Origin: Candidatus Bathyarchaeia archaeon
GTDB lineage: Archaea; Thermoproteota; Bathyarchaeia; Bathyarchaeales; Bathycorpusculaceae
DNA length: 64,000 nucleotides
Assembly: GCA_038883655.1 (NCBI GenBank)
Contig: JAVZLQ010000003.1
Coordinates: 183,099-247,098 of the forward strand
Reading direction: 5' to 3'
The notes beneath the pieces were generated by a model. It ran no database searches. It had not been told where the DNA came from and worked only from the letters and a program-made list of their open reading frames with translations. Numbering within the stretch: the stretch's first letter is position 1; each line of letters starts with the position of its first letter. The translations under genes and the position numbers were made by a program. Positions 8,784-17,222 of the stretch are shown here, in pieces.

Positions 8784-9527
8784 TTGGCAATTAAAAATCA
8801 AGCACTCTATTCAACTGGGATAAAAAGCTTAGATAGACTCCTCGAAGGTGGCTTATTTCTAGGAGAAAATGTTTTATGGGAAGTTGAATCAGGAACCTTC
8901 GCAAGAGAATTTCTTTATTCGTTTATGCGCCAAGGACTATTAGAAGGAAAGCAAGTAATTTACCTAGATTTCATATATCCTCCACAAGCACTTATGATAC
9001 AACTTGAGCCATTAACAAAATCACTTCCAGATGGATGGGAAAAGAAACTTTTAGTATTAGACTGCTTTTCAGAAGCAGCCGGACAAGGCGAACTCATATT
9101 CAGCGACTTTTACGACAAAGCACCACCATGGATTAGAAAAGTTCCAAGCTCCAAAGACCCGGAACGCTTTCACCACTTTTTCGGAAGAATTGAAAGAGAA
9201 TTTGTAACTCCGGGAACAAGACTTGTTTTCAATAGTTTGTCGATTATGGAACACAATTGGGGGAGAGACGCCGTCAAGGCATTTTTCGGACATGTTTGCC
9301 CCGCACTATATGCTTATCAAACTCTCGCTTACTGGACAATGGCGAAGAACGCACATCCCAAAGAGTTTTGCGCAATAATCGAGCACATGACGCAAGTAGT
9401 TATTGACCTTTCAAGACAAGGTGAAAAAAACTTTTTTCAGATAAAAAAAGCTGGCGGAAGATATAATCCGCAAACATATCAGCGGCGAGAGTACACTGTC
9501 AAGGGCTTGCAGATAGACATTTTTTGA
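8784..9527 (+). CDS. KaiC/RecA-superfamily single-domain protein with degenerate Walker A (predicted pseudo-ATPase)
   Basis: STGIKSLDRLLEGGLFLGENVLW matches the KaiC/RadA-like N-terminal pattern (tGi.gLD.lLgGG...G). Where GxxGxGKT is expected the sequence reads VESGTFAR, with no Lys-Thr/Ser. The Walker-B-like strand LLVLDCFS is retained. TTG start. Confidence 0.55.
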   Translation: MAIKNQALYSTGIKSLDRLLEGGLFLGENVLWEVESGTFAREFLYSFMRQGLLEGKQVIYLDFIYPPQALMIQLEPLTKSLPDGWEKKLLVLDCFSEAAGQGELIFSDFYDKAPPWIRKVPSSKDPERFHHFFGRIEREFVTPGTRLVFNSLSIMEHNWGRDAVKAFFGHVCPALYAYQTLAYWTMAKNAHPKEFCAIIEHMTQVVIDLSRQGEKNFFQIKKAGGRYNPQTYQRREYTVKGLQIDIF

Positions 9528-9549
9528 CAGCGTGTGAAAACACGTCTCT

Positions 9550-9604
9550 ATGTACATTCATGTTCATTTTTCACTGTTTCTTAGGGTAATGTTTAAATGT
9601 TGAC
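9550..9604. promoter_or_regulatory. ATGTNCAT-type motif array upstream of the GltB-like gene
   Basis: ATGTACAT 9550-9557, ATGTTCAT 9560-9567 (10-nt spacing), ATGTTTAA 9589-9596, ATGTTGAC 9597-9604. The last octamer is the same as at 6838-6845. Confidence 0.35.
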
Positions 9605-9654
9605 TAAAATTAACCCCTTCATGCCGAAATTTACAAATGTAAAAGGTGAAAGAG

Positions 9655-11262
9655 ATGACTGAACGTGTATTTAGAAACAGTTCTTATCTGAACGGAAAAT
9701 CAACAACCGGAACAACCACACGAGTCAAAGACACAAGCCCAACAAGCGGGATGTGCCCAATATGCATCCGCGACTGTCCAATAATGTGTGAAATTGGACT
9801 TTCAGCCTTCAGAGGAAGAGAAGCCCTATATCCAGAGCCAGTACAATTCGGATACAGCACAGCAGGTGCCCTCAAAGACTTTGGACTGGACTGGTCGCAC
9901 TTCAACATACAAGCTGGACTTTTTGAAGCGTTAGGGATAGAGGAAAATCCTGACGTTGCACTGTTTCCAAACGCAAGCACAGAAACCGTTGTTGCTGGCA
10001 TACCCCTAAAAATACCAGTACTATGTGGCGCTTTCGGCTCAACAGACGTTGCAAGACTGAATTGGGAAGGATTAGCCATAGGCACAGCATTATCAGGCGC
10101 CATAATAATAATCGGAGAAAACGTCTGCGGCATGGACCCAGAAGCACAATTTATAAATGGCAAAGTAACTTACTCGAAAGAATTAAAACGCAGAGTAGAC
10201 TTGTTCAGGAAATTCTGGGACGGAAAATACGGAGACATAGCCGTCCAAACAAACGTTGAAGACCAACGTTTGGGAGTTGACGTCTACGCCATCTCAAAAC
10301 TGGAAGTCAACATCATAGAGAGAAAGTGGGGACAAGGAGCAAAAGCAATCGGAGGCGAAGTCCGCGTAAGAGACTTGCAAAGGGCGATAATGCTAAAGAA
10401 AAGAGGATACATAGTAATTCCAGACCCAGAGGACCCAACAGTACAACAAGCATTCAAAGAAGGAGTCTTCAAATCCTTTGAAAGGCACAGCCGCGTTGGA
10501 ATACCGAAAGAAAAGAACGTGATAGAGGATATAGAATGGCTGCGCGAGCAAGGCGCGAAACACGTGACGCTCAAAACTGGCGCTTACAGACCATCAGCCG
10601 TGGCATACACCCTAAAAATAGCCTCAGAAGCAAAAATTGATGCAGTATACTTTGACGGTGCTGGTGGCGGAACTGGAATGAGCCCTGTTCCAATGATGGA
10701 CGAGATGAGCATACCAACCGTTTACCTAGAAGCGATAGTTCTAAAGTGTGCACAACTGCTGAAAAAGAAGGGCAGATACGTTCCAGACTTGATTATGGCT
10801 GGAGGTTTCATAAACGAAACGCAAATTTTCAAGGCAATAGCCATGAGTAACTTCGGAGACGGGCCATTCGTTAAGGCTGTTCTAATGGGACGCTCACCGT
10901 TAACTGCCGTGATGAAGGCAAACTACTTCAAACAGTTGGCTGAAGAGGGCAAATTGCCGAAAGCTTTCGCAGACAGATTTGGCAACACTCCGGACAAATT
11001 CTTCATCGCAGCGCCAGAGCTGAAAGAAAAGTATGGTGAGCGCTTCAAGGAAATTCCATGGGAAGCAGTTGCGCTTTACACTTACTTGACGGATCGCATA
11101 GGCGTAGGCCTAAAACAACTCTTAGCTGGAAACAGAAAATGGAGGCTGGAGTTAATAAACAGAAATGACCTTATGAGTCTATCAGAAATTGCCGCAAAGG
11201 TAACAGGCATACCGCTACCGCACGAGATTGAAGCAGACGCCATTGAAAGGATATTAGACTAA
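9655..11262 (+). CDS. FMN-dependent glutamate synthase-related protein (GltB domain-2 family, divergent)
   Basis: KWGQGAKAIGGE, FDGAGGGTGMSP and LIMAGGF match the GltS FMN-domain pattern (QGAKPG.GG, G.eGGTGA). N-terminal Cys cluster CPICIRDCPIMC. ATG 9655 follows AGGTGA. The ORF track starts at GTG 9646. Confidence 0.65.
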   Translation: MTERVFRNSSYLNGKSTTGTTTRVKDTSPTSGMCPICIRDCPIMCEIGLSAFRGREALYPEPVQFGYSTAGALKDFGLDWSHFNIQAGLFEALGIEENPDVALFPNASTETVVAGIPLKIPVLCGAFGSTDVARLNWEGLAIGTALSGAIIIIGENVCGMDPEAQFINGKVTYSKELKRRVDLFRKFWDGKYGDIAVQTNVEDQRLGVDVYAISKLEVNIIERKWGQGAKAIGGEVRVRDLQRAIMLKKRGYIVIPDPEDPTVQQAFKEGVFKSFERHSRVGIPKEKNVIEDIEWLREQGAKHVTLKTGAYRPSAVAYTLKIASEAKIDAVYFDGAGGGTGMSPVPMMDEMSIPTVYLEAIVLKCAQLLKKKGRYVPDLIMAGGFINETQIFKAIAMSNFGDGPFVKAVLMGRSPLTAVMKANYFKQLAEEGKLPKAFADRFGNTPDKFFIAAPELKEKYGERFKEIPWEAVALYTYLTDRIGVGLKQLLAGNRKWRLELINRNDLMSLSEIAAKVTGIPLPHEIEADAIERILD

Positions 11263-11332
11263 AACTAACAACCCCCATCCTTTTTTGAAACTCCGAACAG
11301 AACCAAAGTTTTAAAGCCATCAGCAAAGAAAA

Positions 11333-12601
11333 ATGGATGAAGTGGAGAATATGAAAGAACAGCAAACAGCACTTGACGTGGCTCTGGAACAGTTAGAAAT
11401 AGCCGCTGAAAAACTGAACCTAGACCCTGGACTACACGAGATGCTGAAACATCCTAAAAGATCGCTAATTGTTTCCATCACAATAAAAATGGATGATGGA
11501 AACATACGAACATTCAAGGGATGCCGCGTTCAACACTGGGACGCACGCGGACCATTTAAAGGCGGCATACGCTACCACCCGAACGTAACGCTGGAGGAAG
11601 TAACAGCACTTGCCATGTGGATGACCTGGAAATGCGCAGTCGTAGACATTCCATATGGAGGCGCGAAGGGCGGGATATGTTGTAACCCGAAGGAAATGTC
11701 AAAAACTGAGCTTGAAAGACTTACAAGAAGATACACGAGCTTAATTCTTGACTATATCGGACCCTATCGTGATGTACCAGCGCCAGACGTGTATACAGAC
11801 GCACAAACAATGGCGTGGATAATGGACACATACAGCCAATTTAAAGGTTACAGCGTACCAGAATGCGTCACTGGAAAACCAATAAGCGTAGGTGGTTCTG
11901 AGGGAAGAGAAGAAGCCACTTCAAGGGGGGTCGTAATCTGCGCAAGGGAAGCGGCAAAACGTTTAGGCTTAAGATTCAAGGGCGCAACAGTTGCGGTTCA
12001 AGGCTACGGAAACGTCGGGTGGAACGCAGCGAAAATCGCACATGACATGGGATGCAAAATCATTGCGGTTAGCGATTCCGCTGGAGGAATCTATTGTCCA
12101 GACGGTTTAAACCCACGCAAAGTTTACGAACATAAGGCAAAAACTGGCTCAGTAATTAACTATCCAAAATGTAAGAACATATCAAACGAGGAACTGCTTG
12201 AAACAAAATGTGATATCTTAATTCCAGCAGCGCTTGAAAATCAAATAACAAAAGCCAACGCAAACAAGGTAAAAGCAAAAATAATAGTTGAAGGCGCAAA
12301 TGGACCCACAACCCCAGACGCAGACAAAATACTTCAAGAAAAAGGAGTCTTCCTAATCCCAGACATATTGGCAAACGCTGGCGGCGTAACAGCAAGCTAT
12401 TTCGAGTGGGTTCAAAATCTAACAAGAGAACACTGGACACTAGAAGAAGTGAACAGAAAACTCGAAAACATCATGGTGAAGGCATTCAATGACGTTTACA
12501 ACCTAGTGGAAAAAGAAAAAGAGAGCATGCGCACAGCAGCGTTAATGCTCGGCGTCGGAAGAGTAAGCGATGCGATAAAAACGTTAGGGCTATGGCCATA
12601 A
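11333..12601 (+). CDS. gdhA: Glutamate dehydrogenase (canonical length)
   Basis: 422 aa with GPFKGGIRYHP, PYGGAKGGICCNP and GATVAVQGYGNVG. By eye it is about two-thirds identical to the catalytic core of the long GDH. Confidence 0.92.
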   Translation: MDEVENMKEQQTALDVALEQLEIAAEKLNLDPGLHEMLKHPKRSLIVSITIKMDDGNIRTFKGCRVQHWDARGPFKGGIRYHPNVTLEEVTALAMWMTWKCAVVDIPYGGAKGGICCNPKEMSKTELERLTRRYTSLILDYIGPYRDVPAPDVYTDAQTMAWIMDTYSQFKGYSVPECVTGKPISVGGSEGREEATSRGVVICAREAAKRLGLRFKGATVAVQGYGNVGWNAAKIAHDMGCKIIAVSDSAGGIYCPDGLNPRKVYEHKAKTGSVINYPKCKNISNEELLETKCDILIPAALENQITKANANKVKAKIIVEGANGPTTPDADKILQEKGVFLIPDILANAGGVTASYFEWVQNLTREHWTLEEVNRKLENIMVKAFNDVYNLVEKEKESMRTAALMLGVGRVSDAIKTLGLWP

Positions 12602-12739
12602 AAGAAAACTGCTGAACTCGCCTAAACTCAATTATTTCTCCATATAACCTCCACATTTTTAACCTCACAATCTAAATTTTTAAACTACTGCTCTTATATC
12701 CTCTATGCGAATACAGTTCTAGGAAAAGGGAAGGGATAA

Positions 12740-13315
12740 ATGCAAGAAAAATCTTTGCCGAACATTAAAACCTTAGATTTCGAATTTGAAAATCTACCAG
12801 TAAAGGTCATTGCAAACAGGAATTGCCCCGAAATCAAGCTTGTTGGGCTGAATGTTGGACCTTTCGAAGAAGGAAACGTGTATGAAGCCCCGTTTTGGGT
12901 TGCAAAGGAACTGGAAAAGGCGGGAATTGTCCGCTTTCGTGAAGAAGAACTTTTGGATTCAAGAAGGATTTACAAGATTCAGTGGATGGAACGTGTCCAA
13001 ACGCCAAGCCAAATATCGAAGCTTCCAGAGAATTTTTACCCAAAACTGCGCAGGTATTTAGTGGAGCTAAAGAAGGTCTCAGCAAAATCTCCAGAAAAGA
13101 TGAGGGAGTACGAAAAAAGTATGCAAGTGGTACGCGACATGATTAATGCGCGTCTAAAAAAGATTGTTGCGCTGGCAACTGCAAATTTTGGACAAACTGA
13201 GCAGATTTTGAAGAACCTCACATTCGAGGAAAGGCTAATTTATGAACGTTTGCGCAAACTTATTCACGGTTGGAAAGCCAAAATACTGGAGCATGAAGAG
13301 GGGCTGGAAGAATGA
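12740..13315 (+). CDS. gins23: GINS subunit, Gins23-type
   Basis: 191 aa. A small beta-rich N-terminal part (GPFEEGNVYEAPFWVAKELEKAGIVRF) precedes a helical C-terminal part. Its stop overlaps the MCM start (13312-13315). Gins23 upstream of mcm is the arrangement reported for Sulfolobus. Confidence 0.6.
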   Translation: MQEKSLPNIKTLDFEFENLPVKVIANRNCPEIKLVGLNVGPFEEGNVYEAPFWVAKELEKAGIVRFREEELLDSRRIYKIQWMERVQTPSQISKLPENFYPKLRRYLVELKKVSAKSPEKMREYEKSMQVVRDMINARLKKIVALATANFGQTEQILKNLTFEERLIYERLRKLIHGWKAKILEHEEGLEE

Positions 13316-15360
13316 CTGGAGAGTTAGAAGTTATAAATCCTCAAGAGCAGTTCCAAGAATTCTTTAAAACAGAAAAGTACAGACAAAAAATTGCGCAGTT
13401 GGCTGTTGCAGGCAAAACATCACTAATAGTAGATTTTGAAGACCTCCTAATCTTCGACAACAAACTTGCAGAAAAACTACTTGAAAAACCAGACGAGTAC
13501 TTACAATATGCTAATAACGCGGCTTATTCGCAACTTGAAAGTGAAGATCCAGAATACGCCGAAAGGCTCGTAAGCAAACGGGAAACATTAACGGTCAGAA
13601 TCGCTAAGCTGTTAGAAGCAACGCCGCTAAGAAAACTTGGTTCAGACCACATTGGAAAACTTGTGATGATAGAGGGCATCGTAGTACGCTCAACACCAGT
13701 ACGCCCAATGGTTATACGGGCAGCATTCAAATGCAGAAGATGTGGAGAACTATCATTCGAGGATCAAACAGGACAATTCCTAAAAGCACCATTCAAATGC
13801 AGAAACTCAGAATGCGGAGCAAAGGGTCCATTCGACTTCATTCAAGAAGAATCTGCATTCATAGACTCACAAGAACTACGCGTCCAAGAAAGACCAGAAG
13901 ACCTTCCACCAGGTCAGCTTCCAAGAACCTTGCACATTAAGCTTGTCGGGGCAGAAATAGTTGATGTTGCAAGACCTGGAGACCACGTTTCCATCGTTGG
14001 CATAGTTCGTGTTGTTGCTCCCTCACTCCCAAGAGTTGGAAAGCTTCGCACTTTCAGACTTCATTTGGATGCAAATTCTATAGAAGTTTTAGGTAAAGAG
14101 CCTGAAACGGCGCTTCCATCACCAGAAGAAGAGGAAAAAATCTTGGAGCTGGCAAAGGATCCATGGATACATAGGAAGATAATAAATTCAATTGCACCTT
14201 CAATCTATGGTTACGACCACATAAAAGAAGCGATAATGTACCTTCTCTTCGGCGGAGTCCCAAAAAATCTTCCAGACATAACGATAAGGGGCGAAATAAA
14301 CGCCCTTCTAATAGGCGACCCAGGAACAGCCAAATCGCAACTGCTACAGTACGTGGCAAGAGTTGCACCTAGAGGATTATATACTTCTGGACGCGGAACA
14401 ACAGCAGCTGGCTTAACAGCAGCAGTAATACGCGAAAAAGGCGGAGGAATGAGTCTTGAGGCTGGTGCTTTGGTTTTGGCTGATAAGGGAATTGCGTGTA
14501 TTGACGAGATGGATAAGATGCGTCCAGAAGATAGAGTTGCAATTCACGAGGCAATGGAACAGCACACGGTTTCAGTTGCGAAAGGGGGTATTGTGGCAAC
14601 GCTAAACGCTAGAACAGCCATTCTTGCGGCTGCAAACCCCACTTTAGGAAGGTATGTGCCACATCGCACAGTTGCTGAAAACATCTCCTTGCCAGTTACG
14701 ATACTCTCCAGATTTGATTTAATCTTCATTTTGAGGGATGTGCCAAACAAAGAAATGGACAGCAAAATGTCAGAGCACATCCTAGAAATGCACAGAAAAG
14801 GTTCAAGTCCCACCGAACCACCAATACCATTAGATTTGCTACGCAAATACATAAGCTACGCTAGAGGCATAAAGCCAGTTTTAACTAAAGAAGCATTACA
14901 GCGCCTCAGAGACTTCTATTTAGCAATGCGCTCAACAACAGAATCAGAAAGCTCGCCAGTCGCAATTACAGCCCGCCAACTTGAATCACTTGTGCGTATA
15001 GCAGAGGCAAGAGCCCGAGCAGCATTAAGAAAGGAAGTTCTGGCTGAAGACGCAGAAGCTGCAATTGCGATAATGAAACGTTCGCTTGAAGAGGTTGGCA
15101 TAGACGTTTCTTCATTCAAGCTTGACATAGACATAATAATGACTGGAAAACCAAAAAGTGCGAGGGACAAGCTGCAAGTGATAATTTCGAAGCTTATGGA
15201 GATGGAGAAAGAAACAGGAATCGTTGAAAGGGAAGCGCTTATAGATGAATTGGAAAGTAAATACAAGATTCCGCGAGCTGAAGCAGAACGCCTCATAGGG
15301 CAGTTGTTGCGAGAAGGAACAATATACGAGCCTAGAGAAGGTTATCTAAAGAAAACGTAG
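13312..15360 (+). CDS. mcm: MCM replicative helicase
   Basis: Zn motif CRRCG...CRNSECG, Walker A GDPGTAKS, Walker B CIDEMDKM and arginine finger SRFDLIF. 682 aa, with no intein-sized insertion. Confidence 0.95.
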   Translation: MTGELEVINPQEQFQEFFKTEKYRQKIAQLAVAGKTSLIVDFEDLLIFDNKLAEKLLEKPDEYLQYANNAAYSQLESEDPEYAERLVSKRETLTVRIAKLLEATPLRKLGSDHIGKLVMIEGIVVRSTPVRPMVIRAAFKCRRCGELSFEDQTGQFLKAPFKCRNSECGAKGPFDFIQEESAFIDSQELRVQERPEDLPPGQLPRTLHIKLVGAEIVDVARPGDHVSIVGIVRVVAPSLPRVGKLRTFRLHLDANSIEVLGKEPETALPSPEEEEKILELAKDPWIHRKIINSIAPSIYGYDHIKEAIMYLLFGGVPKNLPDITIRGEINALLIGDPGTAKSQLLQYVARVAPRGLYTSGRGTTAAGLTAAVIREKGGGMSLEAGALVLADKGIACIDEMDKMRPEDRVAIHEAMEQHTVSVAKGGIVATLNARTAILAAANPTLGRYVPHRTVAENISLPVTILSRFDLIFILRDVPNKEMDSKMSEHILEMHRKGSSPTEPPIPLDLLRKYISYARGIKPVLTKEALQRLRDFYLAMRSTTESESSPVAITARQLESLVRIAEARARAALRKEVLAEDAEAAIAIMKRSLEEVGIDVSSFKLDIDIIMTGKPKSARDKLQVIISKLMEMEKETGIVEREALIDELESKYKIPRAEAERLIGQLLREGTIYEPREGYLKKT

Positions 15361-15382
15361 CTTATAATTGAAAAAGAAGGTG

Positions 15383-15943
15383 CTAGTGCGCTGCTTCAAC
15401 GTTAGATTCCTTATAATACTGAGCGTTCGCGGTAAACACCGTTATGCCAATTGTGACGCCGATGTCGCTAACTGAAACATGATCTGGGTTAGTTATGTAA
15501 ACTATCATGCTCCAACCAGACCGCAAAATTAAATCATCACTGGCTTGCTGCAAAGCATAGTCTCCAGAAAGCAAGTCCACCACCTTGCCGACGAGTGTGC
15601 CGTTTTCGTGTGGCAAGATGTAGGGCAAGTCCTCGCTGATTGTCTCCAGGGTTTTGTTATAATAAACGTTACTCCATTGGCATTCTTGACCCCTAACGGA
15701 TATCTTATCAATCACAAGGTCACGCCCACCAGTGTTGATTATTAGAAACGCTGCTTCGGAAAATGTTGTTCCATTATGCCATATGTGCAATTTGAATATT
15801 TGAAGACTTTCCTCTTGAACCCGCGTTGTTGTTACGTTGATTGCGTAAAAGGTCACGACTGTTGCTAACAACACCGAGACAACCAGTATTATCAGTGTTG
15901 TAACTACTACGCTTAATCCTCTTTTACTCTTAAACACATGCAT
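15383..15943 (-). CDS. Archaeal type IV pilin-like protein (class III signal peptide)
   Basis: The N-terminus MHVFKSKRG/LSVVVTTLIILVVSVLLATVV has a KRG-LS prepilin-peptidase-type site followed by a hydrophobic helix. The remainder is beta-rich with N-x-S/T sequons. Confidence 0.55.
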   Translation of the reverse strand: MHVFKSKRGLSVVVTTLIILVVSVLLATVVTFYAINVTTTRVQEESLQIFKLHIWHNGTTFSEAAFLIINTGGRDLVIDKISVRGQECQWSNVYYNKTLETISEDLPYILPHENGTLVGKVVDLLSGDYALQQASDDLILRSGWSMIVYITNPDHVSVSDIGVTIGITVFTANAQYYKESNVEAAH

Positions 15944-16129
15944 ACGCTATCCCAACTGAAATTTTTCTGGAAAATTAATGGAAAAGAAAAGTAAGTTTCT
16001 TTGTACGTAACAAAAGCCAACGCAACCTAAAGATTATTATCCGAATATTTGATTAAAACTTAAAACTTCACAGAAATATCTAAAATTAAACTTTGCATAA
16101 ACTGCACAAACGCTTCGGAAAGGACGAAA

Positions 16130-17218
16130 ATGGTAATAATGGTTGTCGTTGGTACACGTCCAGAAATAATAAAGATGGCCCCGCTAATCAGAGAGCTGCA
16201 AAAACAGCGTATGCCTTTGACTTTTGTCCACTGCGGTCAACACTACGACTATAACATGTCGCAGCAATTCATTGAAGAGCTTAAGCTCCCAACGCCAGAC
16301 TATTGTTATAAGGTGAAGGCGTACTCTCAAGGAGTGCAAACCGCAAGAATAATGACTCACATGGAAAAACTAATGAAACAAACCTTGCCATCGCTGGTTC
16401 TCATTGAAGGCGACACAAACGGAGTTCTCGCAACGGCACTGGCATCGGTTAAACTCGGCATACCCGTAGGACACGTAGAAGCTGGACTGCGAAGCTTTGA
16501 TTTGAGAATGCCAGAAGAACATAATAGACGACTAACGGACCACATATCAACATATCTTTTCGCGCCAACAAAAGTTGCAGAATCCAACTTAAAGAGCGAG
16601 AACGTTTGGGGCAAGATCTATGTCACAGGCAACACCGTCATAGACGCTGCAATTCAGCACTTACCAATAGCCGAAAGCAAATCAAAAATTCTAGGGAAAA
16701 TACGCTTCAAGGAATTCGCCTTAGTAACAGCCCACAGGGCAGAAAACGTGGACAACATTGAAGTTCTAAAGAATTTTGTAGACGCCTTCTCAGAAGCGCC
16801 GATACCAATCGTTTATCCCATGCACCCTCGCACACGAAAGAGACTGCGAAAAAACGGGATTTACTCAAAGATTAAAAAGTCCGAAAACGTTCAGGTGTTA
16901 CCGCCGCTTGGATATCTAGACTTTCTTGTTTTAATGAAAAATTGCAAACTAACAATAACAGATTCTGGAGGAATTCAAGAAGAGGCAACAGCGCCTTGCA
17001 TAAGAAAACATGTCCTCGTCATACGCCTTTCAACTGAGCGTCCGGAAGCCGTGAAAGCAGGCTTTGCAGAGGTTATCGGCATAAAAAAGAAAGAAATAGT
17101 CGATGGAATAACGAGAACACTTGAACAGCCAAAACCACTACCGAAACACTCGCCGTACGGAGATGGCAAAGCAGCTGAAAGAATTGCCGAGATAATTAGG
17201 GAGGAAATCGCCCTTTAA
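16130..17218 (+). CDS. wecB: UDP-N-acetylglucosamine 2-epimerase
   Basis: VVGTRPEIIKMAPL, GDTNGVLA, HVEAGLRSFD..MPEEHNR and DSGGIQEEA are typical WecB/MnaA motifs. Confidence 0.88.
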   Translation: MVIMVVVGTRPEIIKMAPLIRELQKQRMPLTFVHCGQHYDYNMSQQFIEELKLPTPDYCYKVKAYSQGVQTARIMTHMEKLMKQTLPSLVLIEGDTNGVLATALASVKLGIPVGHVEAGLRSFDLRMPEEHNRRLTDHISTYLFAPTKVAESNLKSENVWGKIYVTGNTVIDAAIQHLPIAESKSKILGKIRFKEFALVTAHRAENVDNIEVLKNFVDAFSEAPIPIVYPMHPRTRKRLRKNGIYSKIKKSENVQVLPPLGYLDFLVLMKNCKLTITDSGGIQEEATAPCIRKHVLVIRLSTERPEAVKAGFAEVIGIKKKEIVDGITRTLEQPKPLPKHSPYGDGKAAERIAEIIREEIAL

Positions 17219-17222
17219 GGCA

